Source: Podarcis gaigeae (Eukaryota). From it: DNA of 64,000 nt. The notes beneath the pieces were generated by a model. The model saw nothing but the letters and a program-made list of their open reading frames with translations, ran no database searches and was not told the DNA's origin. Positions 11,761-25,677 of this stretch are shown here, piece after piece (the stretch's first letter is position 1; each line of letters starts with the position of its first letter). The DNA lies in NCBI GenBank assembly GCA_964106915.2, contig OZ066916.1; one strand, given 5' to 3'. A program made the position numbers and the translations under genes.

Positions 11761-13607
11761 TACTAAAACAACATGGATATTTTGTGCCAAGCTTGCAACT
11801 GTTGACATACTTTTCTCGATACTCAGCCTTAACTCATAAATCCGTCTCCTCAGTGTTCAACCTAGACATTTATCCCCCTTCCTATAAGTAATGCTCTTGG
11901 TTTTTATTCTCGTGTGTGACATCTTACATTTGTCCTTGCTGGATTTCACATTACTTCTACCAGCCAAGGCTAAACAACCTGTAAACATTTTAGATTTTTA
12001 GTCAATGTGCTCTTTTAAATAGCCTGATGTTATTTCTGTGCCTTTTCCTACTTCAGTTTCTTGAAATATTCATTTATAAAGCAGAATTTTTTGCCCTGGT
12101 CTGTCACCATTTCTGGCATGAAATTCGAGGACTTCATTCAAGCATCCTGAGGGCAAGAAAAAATGAAGCTTGTTTTTTGCTTCTCCTAATGAAAATAGGG
12201 GTGTGACTAGAGTGCACAGATGTTATAGCAGGCACGAGATCTACTTCCTGCTCTAAAAATACTAATCTAAGAGATGGTGGATTAATATTTGAAACTCTTA
12301 AGAATGTGCTTTCTTTTGGTGCTATTTTGATAACACCAAGCAGTCAAAATGTGAATGAGGTTTCACTGTGCTAGATACTGCACAAACAATGGAGGGAACT
12401 TGCTCAGGCATTATGTTTTTTTATATAGCAATTGCTTTTACACAGCAAATGTGGCAATTCTATTCCAGATCTATCAGCACACAAAGCAACCATAAACACA
12501 GCTTAAATGGCCAATTTCACAGGGTTTATGACTGCATTGTATTGTCGCTATGACACCAATCAGCCAAGGTGTAATCTGGCCCTTAGAAGGCTGTTTAGTC
12601 TGTGTGTAATGCATTGCAATTATCAAGGTCCCAGGCTTAGTTCCAGGTGAGCAGTAAAACACTGTCGAGGGAAAATCTATCCATTTGGCTCTGCAGTAGA
12701 ATTAAAGGAAGGGCAAAAGATTGGCTTCATGGATTAATGTTGGTAACACAGTTCACTGTGCAGATTAGGGTGTCTCCAGGCCAGCATTCTTATGATATTT
12801 TGTTTTGTATTTTCCCTCACTGTACTGTACTAATTTTTGCATGCCTTCTGTATGCACACACGTCATCCTCCCATAATTGATTTTTGTAAAGCGATGCTTG
12901 ATTTCCCTGGTTGCACATGCAAATACACACAGGGACACATTGACATTATAACAACCGATGCAATGTGCTAGGGAGACAGAAGGTGAGGCTGGAGAGGGGA
13001 ACCTCATGATGGAATCTGGAAGTAGCTATTTTAGTTTGTGTGAAAAATCAGTAACCAGAATAAATGACCAAAGGCTTGAATCCCAAATTACACCTCCAGG
13101 AATGGAAAAAGCTCCTCCCGTTTACAGAACAGCCTTTGATCCTGCAGAATCTCCCATGGATGAAGGAGTGAGGCAGTTTTTGTCTTTTCCCCCTTTCCCA
13201 TGCAGCTACCTGTGCACAGTATTCCAGAGGATCCCCCCAACCCTCAATAGCAGATTTTGGGAGAGCCCAGGGGAATTACAGAGAATTGGATAACTGGTTA
13301 ACACTGCCTCTCCCTTTTCACTCGCAAGATCCCAGGATCCAGGATAAAGTGATTATGTTGGCGTGGTACATGGGTGCTACAGTGAAAATGGAACATTCCT
13401 TTTAAATAGATAGAATGAAAATGTTCTTGACATCAGTAATATAGTAGGAAGCAGGGTACAAAGACTGGGAAGAGGGACGCTAATGGATTTTATGTCTAGA
13501 TCAGTCATGGAAAGATTCCTTTCATTGATGTACAGCCTTTCATATAAAAAATAAGTAGTAAAACTATTGTTACTCCTCATCATGTATCAGTAGCAGATAA
13601 TGTAAAG

Positions 13608-13747
13608 CAGGTGTAGGAAAAACCTTTGGCCATCCAGATGTTGCTGGACTACAACTCCCATCATCCCTGACCTTTGGCGATGTCAGCTGGGGCTGATGGG
13701 AGTTGGAGTCCAACAATATCTGAAGGGCCAAAGGTTCCCCATCCCTG
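13608..13747. mobile_element. hAT-type MITE, related family (about 140 bp)
   Basis: CAGG...CCTG termini, palindromic body (GGACTACAACTCCCATC / GATGGGAGTTGGAGTCC), TSD ATGTAAAG/ATATAAAG. Confidence 0.85.
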
Positions 13748-16700
13748 ATATAAAGGGATTCCTTTTTGGACTTATCTTCAGAGTTTGTACCAGAGAAAAT
13801 TTGGCTGTTTAGTTGGTAAAAGCATAGTATTGAAGGAAAGATAAGCCATAGCATTGCCATGGACCTTTTTAGCCATGGTACAATGTTGTTGTTATCATGG
13901 TTACTACTATTATACAGTGCCAAAGAGAGCAATTCATTGCCATGGCCAGACGTGTTGGGGCAGAACGGAGCAGCAGACACCTCAGGCCATGCTGCTGGTG
14001 CTGGCCAGGGCAAAAGGAAGGATATGTATTGGGCCCCTCCCTGGAAAATGGGTCATTTTTAATCCAGCACCAGTCCTTGTCCCTCGCCTCCCTTGTAACA
14101 CCCTGCTTCAGAAGCTTATGCTGACTATTGCTTGTGGGACTGCCACTAGTAGTAGAGTGCAGTGTGCTGCATTTTCAGCATGGCCACTGAGACCCTCTGT
14201 AGCAACTGAGCCCCTGCCCCTTCCGGCAGCACAGTCCAGTGGTGAGACCCCTCCATTTCATCTTAACCTTCTCCAGCAGTGCAGATTGGGGGTTAGGATT
14301 GTTCAATAAAATGGTTAGACCCTGTACAAAAATTAGAAATAGCACAGATGCTACCCTCAAGCTTCACCCAAAGGTAAAAATGTGACACATTTGTGAAGGA
14401 AAGGAAAGGAGACTAAAGAGGAAGGAAAATCAATCTGGGAAAACCAAGGTTATAGCTGTCAAAATAGGCCATTGATGAGACCTTTTCCTTCGGCCTCTTG
14501 GAACAGTGGCTGATCATTGATGGGAGTTAAGGAGGAAAGTAATGGGCAAGGTAGGCTAATGGAAAGTATCAGTTAAAACTTAGCCCTTTTTAAAACAATG
14601 TATGTTTTAATCATTATTTTCCTCATCCTAAGCTTCACAAGTCAGGGACTTGGTTTTTGTTTTGCTGCATTTTTCTGGAAAGTACTATGAACACTGGTGA
14701 CAGTCCACAAAATAATAATTGTTGTTGTTGTTGCAGTAGTAGTAGTTGCTGCTGTTGTTATGCCTTTATTGTGGGTGCAGAGATTCCAGCTTTTAAAATA
14801 TTAAAACTTGAAAAATTAGTGAGACAAGAATCAGAAATGTTCTGATTTACTTGGCCACGCTCTGCTGCCTGAAGTACTAAAGTAAAATGTAGCCTTTTAA
14901 AATAAATTCCGCAGGGAACAGTTCCTACATTGCCCTGTAGCCAACAGTTATTTGTTCACTTATATAGCAGCTCTAGCAGCATGATATGGAGCTAAATTCT
15001 TTGGGTTGTTTCCAGTCCCATTATGATCAACAACAATCTTGCCCTTAAATTCAGTGGCAAGTAGATTGGGACCTTTCTCTACTGAACTCAGAATGGCTTA
15101 ACAGCACCACCAGTTGACTAAACATCCAAAATTATTTGCTGGCTCAGTTACAAAATTCCTCTTGGTTTCTAAATCAAAAGTGACTTCTCCCGTAAGGTAA
15201 AATAGCAAAAATTGATTTTAGTGGAGCTCCTTGAAAAAGAAAAAGAAAAACCAAGATAGCTCAGGAACAGCATACCTTCATGGTGATTTGATGCAGTCAG
15301 TTCATGGATTGGATTTACATCAAAGTCCAAAGTAAAAGACTTTCTGAAGGTCTAATCAAACCAGACTCTTTCTTTTCAACATGGCATCCATTCCTGTTAT
15401 GTGCAGATTGATTGGGTCTGAGTGCCACACCACCTGAGAAATATTAAATAATTTGATTGTATTGATCTGTTATGTGCTTTCTTTTTTGTAGTCTATTTGA
15501 AATCTCTAGATTCCACTCTTTATGTTTAGAGTTTAGTCATTATATTTAAAAAACTATTACTGAATTTTAATTCATATTGGCCACCCTTTGGTGTCTGCCG
15601 ATGGTATAGTGTGTTAGTGGATAAAGTGATGTTGTCTACATCACTAAGTGATGTCATGTTGGATTAGAACCAGAGTCCCAGTACTGTGGGTTGGATCTCA
15701 CATTTCTGTTGCATTCCCTGAAGGGAAGTTCGCTTACACAATGGGGTCTTCCATTGGTGGAAGAGATTATTTCATAAATTCTGCTTACGGATGTTTTTGT
15801 GAAAAAGAGGAGTATTGGCCAAATCAAGTCCAACTCTCCCGGAAAAAAGCTCCTAATTAACTTGAGAACTATATTTAAAAGGGAAATATTGAAAGAACCA
15901 AGAAAACCTGTCAATAAAAGAAATTTTGCAGTCTTTTTCACAAGTGCAAGTATGTTTCTGAACACTTTATAAACCCTTTTCAGTCTCTCTTCACTTTTAC
16001 CCAAACATTACTTGGGATATAATTAAGGCATAATATTGAGTCCTCCTTTTAGGCATTATCCCAACAAATATGAAGAGATAGTTAAATTTAAAGAGCTACT
16101 ATTGTATAAGCACCAGTAGCTGCTTTTCATAAAGATTTTTATGGGCATTCTGTTTCAGATAACGTATTATTTAATAAGGACTTTATAGCCAGTACACAAT
16201 GCAGTCGATTTGACTGGCACCCGTTTTACCAAGATCTATACCTTACTCTGCTAAAATATCTTGAATTGTTGTTTGATATTTTATTCCTCATGTATTTTCC
16301 ATTCCTAAAAATGTACGGTAGTGGTTAGCTTGTGTAGCAGATATAATAACTCACCATTGTACAACCATGGTTAAACAAAAGTGGCAGAGCAATATTAGTA
16401 TTGTGAAAAGTTCTCTTTTATTGCATTGGTCTATAAACACTGCCAGCAGCTTTCCTCTTATGTATAACGATAGTAATAATGATGATGAATATGTGTTTGC
16501 TGGTTGAAACTGTCCTCGATACATCACTATTGCAATTTGTCACCTAGGCACTCGCTTATACATTTATGCTATGGAAAGGCTTGTGATACCACATAAAAAC
16601 CAAATAAAAAGGCAAATCATCTTTCTCCCTATTCCTTTAGAAGTAAATGTAATATTTATTGCTACCCACAGGTGATTCTGTGTAGCACAATATAGTGCAT

Positions 16701-16869
16701 GGTTCCTGTACCTTGCATACAATTCAGGATACATGGCGAGTTTTCACTTTCTTTGGCCTCTTTTACTCAAATTAAAAATGCAAATGCTACATATTGTTAC
16801 CTATCTGGAGCACTCCTCTTTCTGCGCGCAGCCGCTGCTTCCCTTACATTGCCTCCCCACAACACTTGA

Positions 16870-17050
16870 AACCTATGGGCAGCTTTCAAGAGTGTTCATA
16901 AGGACTCGGGAAGATGCTTTGTGGCAAATCAGACCAACAGTGCGTCTAACTCAGTATTCTCTACACTGACGGACAGCAGCCCTTCAGGGTTTAAGGCAAG
17001 AGTCTTTCCCTGCTTTACATAGAGGTTCCAGGAACTGAACCTGGGACCAT
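16870..17050 (-). mobile_element. tRNA-derived SINE fragment (same family)
   Basis: The reverse complement carries GGTCCCAGGTTCAGTTCC (B-box) and CAGTGTAGA body motifs. Confidence 0.6.
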
Positions 17051-20000
17051 TTTTGTTCTCAGGAAAGAAGGATATGCATAGGAAGCTTTCCAGTATAGAC
17101 AATTAACTCCCCAGTGTACATGTGCAAGTCTTGGTGACACAACCATAATTTTCTACAAGTTTTGTTAATTACTGAATTTTTTTGTTCTGTTTTGAAAACA
17201 TATATCTCACCTACTTTCTGTGGAGCTCAAGGTAGCAATCCCTGAGTTAAACCCCATCATAAAACTACACAAAAATACAGCAATAATTTCAACAAAGCTA
17301 AGCACCAGAAAGAAAAAATAAGTAACTTTTTTTTTTAAAGCTGTAACTTACCAGGCACAGCAAATCATATAGTGAGAAAACCTGAAATACCTCATTAGGG
17401 GAGATGTTCCACATAACATTATAGATATTTAGAATATTGTTTATTTAAAGAAAAACAACAACACAAAACATTCCTTTCTCTTCTACCAGGTCTTTGGCTG
17501 ATTAACATTCTGTCCCCTTTTAAATGTGTTTGTGGGAAGAGGGAGGGGATTATTGGTTGTGTGGGCAGGTTGTTATTGCTTTTTGTTAGGAATTTTGTGT
17601 TTCTATCTTGTATTTTTATATTGTGAGCTGCCCTGAGATCCACGGATGGAAGGACAGTATACTAATATAATAAATAATACTAACATTTTCAGAGTAAATA
17701 ATTTATCCCCAAATAGCCAGTAAGTACTTTAAGCAATTGTACAATTATGGTGTATATTTCTTTATACTGCATATCACTCTAGCATCTTTCCTCAAAAATC
17801 AGCTGTGGAAACAGTTGGCTAATTACTTTAAAATGATGCAATGGATGGAGCAGGAGAAACATATAGTTCTTTGCAGAGATTTACAGTTTGCCCCAGAACT
17901 CAACAATGACAGTTCAGAGTAGCTTTGAAGAAAGACACATCATCATGCTCTGGCTTCGACAGACAGAATACTCTTGCAAAAAAGTTAACATGGGTTTCAC
18001 TTTGATCAACTATGCAGAGAAGGGAGCATTTTTAATAGCTTAAACAAATCATATATTTTATGTGCTTCCAGCTGTTGAAAAAAGAAAAACGATTGCAAAG
18101 CGAGAAATGTGTGTTTGTCTTTGAAAATACTTGGGTTTAATTTGATGTGTCTACCATTTATACCATGTTCGCTAACATAGCTAATAAACACCTATATTGA
18201 TAATACAGTATATATTTGTTGCCTAACCTGAGGTGGTACCAGCTGTTCTTGGTAACCAGACCAGCCATTTCTCAAATTAACAATGAATGAAAGCCTCAGG
18301 AGTTACTCTCCTTCCTCCTGTGGCAACTTGATTGCTTGGCATAAGGCAGTCACCACAATATAACAAAAAGAGAGGTGTTCCTGTGCTGTGTGTTCCGTTG
18401 TTTGTCACAGAGAAGGGCTTTGTGTGTGTGATTTTTTAAAATACAGCATTGCTGAAGGAGAAACTCTGTGCCCCATGTCTAATGAGTTTGAAAATAGACT
18501 GTTAGTAGTCACAAAAGGAAAATTAGACACGTATGATTTGTGTGTTCATTTTCTCATAGTAAATATAGTGTGATTTGTGCATGTGGACTGTACAAAGGTC
18601 TTTGGAATAAGAACCTAAACTAGCTTATCCATTCTTTGTATTCATGAAAAATTGTGTCCTTTGATTATTTGTCCTTTGATTATTTGTTTGGATTTCTACC
18701 CTGCTCAGTGTTGTGGGCTCAGTGTGGGTTAAAACATTTTGAAGCTAAAATATTAAAAATACACAATGGGAAGTACGTAGTTCTTTCAGTATGGAAATAC
18801 AATTAATAATAATAGAAAATTCTCCTTGGTCACAAGTAAATAAAACTAATACTATACCCAAGACCATTTTTCTTCCATCCTTAAAAAAACCAAAAAACCA
18901 GTCCAAACAATAAACCCCTTAAAAGATTCAGAGGATACTTCATATTTCAAGTTTTAAAAGCAGGCGTTTGTGCTGGTGTTGGTGATTAGATTCAAGTCTC
19001 TCTCAGCATTTTTCAGTGTTTATCAGTTTTTGGCTGACTACCACTTTTGAAATGAATAAATTTTTAAGCCTGAGAAAACCTGATCACTATCAGTATATAC
19101 AGGCGCAGCACAAGGAATTGTGCTTCCCGTACTCTATGCTTCATGCCACCACCGCTCTTCCCCCATTCTCCTTTTTAGGGTGACCACAGAGCTGCCGCCA
19201 TCCTCCTCCCAGGTTGTGCTGGTGGCAATAGTGCTGGTGGCTTCTCTGCCATTTCCTCCTCCCTGCATTACCCTATTCTGAGAAGGGGCCAAGGGGATCG
19301 CTCTTCAGAGCCCAGCATTCTAGAAATGCTTTTCAAACCTAGACATTTTCCAGGAAAATGCATGGAGCCAGAAAGCCAACTCAATTTTTTAAAAAGCTTA
19401 AAAAGTCATTATAGCCACCACCTGTGAACCATGGCAGTAGCACAGCAATTCTGCTGTCCACCTCACCCCAAATGAAGAGATCTGAAGAGGACCCTTTGAG
19501 CTTTTCTCAGAGTAAGGTGAAGTACGGCAGAGAAAGTGGTGGCAGAGAGCCTTGCCTCACTAACTGCATCGTAATGAGGAGGGGGGAGTTTGGCCTTGCC
19601 TCCCTACACACACACTTGCACCTAAGACCATTGTCTCATTTCACCTCTGTAATGCACTAGCCCCGAGTACCTATTTTATTAAAATAATACGGCCCTTTGT
19701 TACTCACGAGCACCTTTGTTTTTAAAGTTCGTTTTTAAAACATGAATTTCTCGACCCAGTTGCAGAAAAACCCTTGAAAAGTGCAGTGTGTGTTACAATG
19801 TATACCCATATTAGCATTTGCTTATAGCTGTCATGAACTGCACTGCTAAAAATGCACATTTACTAGGTCAGCGCATGATAAGTAAACAAGGGCAACTGCA
19901 AACTTCCTACTTGTGAGGCTACTGTTAACATAAGACTTTGGAAGCTTCACAAATATAATATGCTGTAAAAGGCTAAGTTATTGCTGACAGTTCATTTCTG

Positions 20001-20204
20001 CTATCAGTACTATTTGTGCAAGGTTTTTCGGGGGAAGAAAGTGCTAGAGATTAAACTCTACGAGAATGTTGTAGCAGAGCAGACACACAGGGCTGGAGCA
20101 GAAAGGGAGTTGAGTTGGACATCACCTTAATAACTTTTTGGCTTGTTGCAACTGGCATTATCAACACAATTTTATGGGAATTATGTAACAAGTCATATTG
20201 TGAG

Positions 20205-20390
20205 CATAGGAGCCAAGTCCTATGGGCCAAGGTCCCTTTGCCCCTCCCAATAAAATATTTGAGGGAGCCGCCCCCCAAGCTGATGGATATTGCCATTCAA
20301 ATATTGTGTGCATGCTTCAACTTGTGATTAATTATGTGGAGTCGGGCTTACCTGCCCCTCCCCCATATTTTTATTCAAGTTAGCACCTCT
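20205..20390. mobile_element. Second copy of the 35319-35513 element
   Basis: Shares CATAGGAGCCA, CCAAGGTCCCTT, AAAATATTTGAGGG, TGCCATTCAAAT, GGGCTTACCTGCC and ATTTTATTCAAG blocks in the same order. Confidence 0.75.
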
Positions 20391-21589
20391 TTCGCAGTTC
20401 ACATTACAGCTATTTATTTATCATAGGAATATCCTACCTTTTCTCCCATGAGCTCAAGGTGGATGTTTGGTCATCCCTCTTTTTATCCTCACAGCAGCCC
20501 TGTGAGGCAGGTTAGGCTGAATCTTTGCCAAATAGAAGTTTTAACCTAGTAATACTGTTTCATGTTTTCTGTATTATTGATTATGAAAAAGTCAACAATA
20601 GTCCCCTGCTGCCAAAAAAACCTCCTCCCCCTCATACTATTCTGGATCCCGACATCCTCCCTGCAGCTGTTAATAGTGGGAATAAAGAGAAAGAGAATCC
20701 TTATCATGGGATTCCAATATACATTTAGTGTAGTTTGATCCTCACAGAGGTGATGCAAGCAATTCTGTTTGCACTGTTGCCCAGAACTATGCAAGTCTCT
20801 GGGTCAAGATGGCATTCTGCTGCACTGTGTGTGATGCCATTTATGAGTCTCCTTCTCCCTTTCTTTCTCTTTTGTTAAACATTAACTTGGATTCCTTCCC
20901 ATGCCAATTTATATGTTAGCTCTGTATTTTTACCAGGTGCAAATTATGAATTAAGCTCTTGTTTGAATAACAAAGTGCACAACACAGGCTTTACAGAAAT
21001 ACCAGTTTTATTGCTGTGTTACACTTAGAGGACACCAATATATCATTAAAACCTCAGATTCTTTACAATATTCTTCTTCCCAAAAAGCATAAATGGAATT
21101 TATCTTTAGTTGCTGTTGTTGGCAGCTGTCAATGTGTTCCTGGCTGGCAGCCAGTCCACGCTCAACAGGATGAGTCCCACTGTTCAGCAGACTTGGATTT
21201 TGTTAGAACGCCCTCATAGAAATATATGTCAGGAGATTTCCAGCTATAAATTGGATCATGTCAGTAAGGATGGGAACAGGCTCGGTACGAAATTGAACAA
21301 TTCGGCATGCCTGATGTTAAATATGTTATTGCATGCTTTCTCTTTGGGTTACGAAAACAGAAAACATTGTGAAATAAACCTGTTGCAGTATCTCTGATGT
21401 TCACACCACATTTTTAGTCATTTGCAGTGTGCTGGAGTTCACACTTTCTAGGAGTATGCCCCGCTGGATACAATGGGACTTATGTCTGAGGGAAAGTGCA
21501 TAGGATTGTGCTGTAGGAATAGGTTTTATTTGCATATGTTACTTCACTAAGAACTAATTATTTATTTCCCTTCCCCATTTGTGTTGCAG

Positions 21590-21679
21590 GTAGCCAGATG
21601 CCATCCCAGACTCCAGGTAGCCAATCGGAATCCAGCTCCCATCCTGCCTTGAGTCAGTCCCCAATGCCACAAGATCGAG
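21590..21679 (+). CDS. ARID1B: ARID1B internal coding exon (90 nt, phase 1-1): (G)[29 protein letters not shown](G)
   Basis: Pyrimidine tract + CAG acceptor (AG 21588-89) and GTTTGT donor at 21680. The translation closely matches the recalled human ARID1[32 protein letters not shown]. Too short for the ORF track. Confidence 0.95.
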
Positions 21680-23014
21680 GTTTGTGCTGGAGGATGAAAT
21701 AGCCACAGAGCATAAAAGCCTGAAAGGGGCAAAATATTTTCCTATGTCCTCTGTTTCTTGCAGCAAGGAAATTCCACTTGTAATTGTCTCTCAGCAAAAT
21801 ACTGTAAGAAACATATTTCCTGAGGGAGAAGTAAATAAAAAAGGAGTATCTACAAGAACTTGGTTAAAAACAAAGAGCTTAATGTTCCAAAAACATTCTT
21901 TATCAGAAGATCTTGCTAGATTCTTAATGGTCTTTAAAAATCTGGATACAGGAAACATTATTTATAAATATCTGACATAGCATTTGGTCTCTGTAGGATA
22001 GAAATGCTAGCTGCTTTACAGTCAACAATTTTCCCACAGTTATTAAAATGTTGATGAATTCCTGTGCTTTGGGGTATAGGCCATAACATATATCTTCCTA
22101 TAGAAGCAGGATTGGGGTCAGCAGGCTGGAAATGGCCACATTCCCAATCCTCTTGTCTCAAAAAGTATCATGATCTTATCACAACATGGCCTGAATGTGC
22201 TTGTAGTGCTGCTCTTTAAGTAGAGTTTTTAAACCCACAGGAAGAACTGAGATTTCATGACTTGATGTGTAAGAGTGCACGGCTAGTCTGTATATCAGCA
22301 TTAGCAGCTATTAAAGCATTACAGAAGTGAGAAGCTATGTGAGCTTTCCCCTTCCTTTCCCGGCTCTTCAGAGGACACTTTCAGCGAAGGGCATGCATTG
22401 CTGTGGGCCAACTTTGGAAATGCTCACAGGAAGATGTGCACCTTCCCAGCACACCTGCTTGATAGCTAGAGAGTAGTGTAATGTTGGAGGGGTAGGGGGG
22501 AAAGATTCACAGGCACTTAAAACGACAAGTACCAGGGAGTTACAGGCTTCAGTGTATCTATTAAGCAGGATTCCAGTAAAGTGGGTGAACCATCATCACA
22601 GCATGTTATGCATTTTCTTTTCTTGCTGGAAACTTCCTTTTGTAAATTCTGCAAGATATTTTGAAAGCTGTTGATCAGCAACTTGGCCATAGACCCAGCA
22701 TCTACTGAACTTCCATTTTATCTGACCCTGCACCCCTGGAGTGCCAGGTGGCTGGATCTAGCCACCCTTTTAATTTTATTTAGTGCCCCCAACCTTGTGT
22801 CACTCACAAGCACCTGAGGAAATTGAAAGAGTTGCTAGGCATAGCTGCCCAGTGCTGCTTGGAATGCTGCCACTATCATCAGGTAAGTGTGCCAGGACTC
22901 ACTGACCAGAGGGAGCTCACCAGAGGACACTTTGCCCAAGGCCCTCTCAAATCTGGAGATAGCCCTAACAGCACTAGTTGGAATACCCCCTCTGATACTA
23001 ACTGGAGTCATTTC

Positions 23015-23085
23015 CACCAGAAGATATTTAGGAGAGGCATTCAACATAACACATGTTGAATGCCTCTCCTAAATATCTTCTGGTG
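23015..23085. repeat. Perfect inverted repeat, 33-bp arms and 5-nt loop
   Basis: CACCAGAAGATATTTAGGAGAGGCATTCAACAT-aacac-ATGTTGAATGCCTCTCCTAAATATCTTCTGGTG. Confidence 0.97.
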
Positions 23086-24801
23086 CACTGTCAACTGGTT
23101 CCAGAATTATTTTATGTCTTAGAGACATAGTAAAGCTTTCTCTTTATCCACAAATAATAGTGGCATGAGTTTCTTGGAGTTTTCCCATTGTACTGTGGTG
23201 GTTTATAGTGTGTGGGAGGAGCCGTTCATCTCAATGCAGCATTGAGGTTGGGACTATGCAGATGCACCTATTAGCTCCAACAGCACATCTACACAACCTT
23301 GGTCTCACCACCACCCTGCCCTTCCCTGTAAGTGGCAGTTACATCACCGCCAGGAGGCTATTGCTGTGGCTCCGTCCCATCAGACAAGAGGCTCCTGATA
23401 CATGGACTATCCATTCCTCATTCCATCCTTGGAATCTGACTTGTTCGATTCTAAAGGATGTGTGGTTTAAGAATTTCACAGGAGTTGACTCATCTGGTAC
23501 TTCCTATGAACTTAAGTTGCAAGCATTCCTTATCACATCCTACAAAACCAGAGTTGCTGTGCATGAGGTCCACTTCCAGTCAATTAGCTTTCAGTTCAGC
23601 TGGGGCATTGGCCACCCCGACTTGTGACAGAGCTGTAGTGCTTAAAGTGTTTTGTGCTGAGTGGTGGAGCCCATGCTGTTGATGAGTTCCAAGTCCTAGG
23701 ACTTAAATCTCTTTCTGCTGTCCATTTCTCCACCCTTGGGAATGCTTCCAGCTGAGTCATTGATTGGAGCCAAACATCAGTGTCTTCAGTGCCTGACGTG
23801 GAATCTGATGAAGTGTGGTAAAGAGAGGCATCCAACTCTGAATCACGAGGCCAAATAAAAATGGTCTGTTTTTTTAAAAAATGAATAATTTATTGTAACC
23901 TGCAGTTTGAGAATTTAGAATCTAATCTTCAAATTGCTCTGCTGGCACTAGTCTCGGTGCCATTTTGTTTCTAAAAAATCCTTCTGATGTTTGCCTTCAA
24001 CAGACCTGGCTTTTTATTTAGAGTATTTATTGAAGCTCCTGTCATGCTACGGCTAATCTTTGTGACCTAGCTTGTTTAAAATGTACATTTGTTTCATGCA
24101 GCAGATACAAAATTTGTAACCAGTGAGGCCATATTGATTTTGCAGAACATGTTTCCCCAAAGCTTCTGTAAGGTCTGAACAGTGCGCGGATAAACATGCG
24201 TGCATTCCCTTTTGTGCCCTGTCATTGATTAGAGACTTCTTTGAAATGGAAAACTTCACCTTTTAAAAAGGGTGTTACATTAGTTGATTCTTTTGCTTGC
24301 TTGAACTGCTTTTCCACTGAAGTTAGAGAGGGGAGGGGAGAGCACAAGGGCTCAAAGGGGAGGTGCTTGTCATTTACTGATAAAAACCCAAGCAGAAAAT
24401 CGTTCCTGCCAAAGACACCTGATCCACAGGCATCTGATACAGTAATTTAAACACTTGGCTTACTGATATAAACGTTTCCAAGTGACCCTCCACTTTCAGA
24501 GTGTTTTTGTTCCTTCTAGCACTTTGTGAAACATTTTTCTCCTTCAAAGAAATGAATGAATGCATGAACAAAAGACCACTAATATGTTTATTGCTCCTCA
24601 ACATATCGTTAGTCAGACTTTCTGTGGAATTTGCTTGGCTAGGTAACATCTAAGTTTCGCCGTTCTTAAATGAAAGCCACACAAACAAATCATTAAGTTT
24701 ACACATAATATCATTCTGAAAGTGTGTACGTTTATTTTACTTTGTTATCAGTGGTGGTTCAGCACCCAGTTGGGATTTTTCATTTTTTCAAGCCTAAGGG
24801 G

Positions 24802-24842
24802 GTGTGTGTGTGTGTGTGTGGGTGTGTGGGTGTGTGTGTGTG

Positions 24843-24879
<37 letters not shown>
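24802..24879. repeat. Compound (GT)n(TA)n microsatellite
   Basis: Direct reading of the sequence. Confidence 0.95.
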
Positions 24880-24881
<2 letters not shown>

Positions 24882-25434
24882 TATAATAGAATAGAACTTT
24901 CAAACAAACAGATTTTTCCTTTGTGCAGTTTGCATGTGTGTGGCACAAATGCATGTATATAATATAGTTCAGAATTTTTTTTGGAGATTTGGACATTCTG
25001 GTCCCTTCAAGTTTTTCTTTGCTGGCAGTAAGAGTGATAGATTGATGGCTTTTAAAGAAGTTCAAAGTATAGGTGGGATAGTCATGCTTCTTTTCTCCCT
25101 TTGTACTACATTGGAACAATTTCTAGAGCTTTATTCTGGGTTCATCTGCTTGATAGAGTTGGTGCCTGAGCCACATCTTACCTTCTCATTGGGTGGTCAG
25201 GTCAAACAGGAAATATGAGACATGCCTTACAAGAAAGAGGTAGACACTCAGGGTCATCTCTGATTTCAGTAGGTACCATGAGTTGCTGTTGCTTACTGGG
25301 AGGGGCAAGGTGGTGGGGATGCACCAGTGGAGCCAATCTGACACTCCTGCCATGTGCTTCACATCACCCTTTTCCACCTAGTAAACAGTGACACCCGCCC
25401 CCATGCTGGGAAGCTAGCCCCACCCAGCAAGTTA

Positions 25435-25677
25435 CTGTGTTGGCCTGAATATAAGCCTCACTTTTTTCCTAAATTTCAACCGTGAAAAGTTAAAATGCGG
25501 CTTAAATTCACAACCTTACAAAAATTGGCTTTTATGATATCGCTGCTGAAACAGAAATACGATAAAACAGAATGCCTGCAGAATTTTAAGGGAACAGCTT
25601 ATATTCGGGTATTGTCTTTTTTTCTCCCCCCCCCCCCTTGACTTTTAAAGATGCAGCTTATATTTGGGCCAATACGG
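25435..25677. mobile_element. Tc1/mariner-pogo MITE, 243 bp
   Basis: TIRs CTGTGTTGGCCTGAATATAAGC / CCGTATTGGCCCAAATATAAGC; TA TSD. Confidence 0.85.

Noticed and set aside
18655-18687. Short tandem duplications (also near 36140, 39100 and 60690)
   Set aside because: Two-copy 12-15 bp slippage duplications with no array or spacer structure; not CRISPR-like.
24802-24879. Z-DNA or cruciform potential of the (GT)n(TA)n tract
   Set aside because: An ordinary compound microsatellite with nothing tying it to a function.
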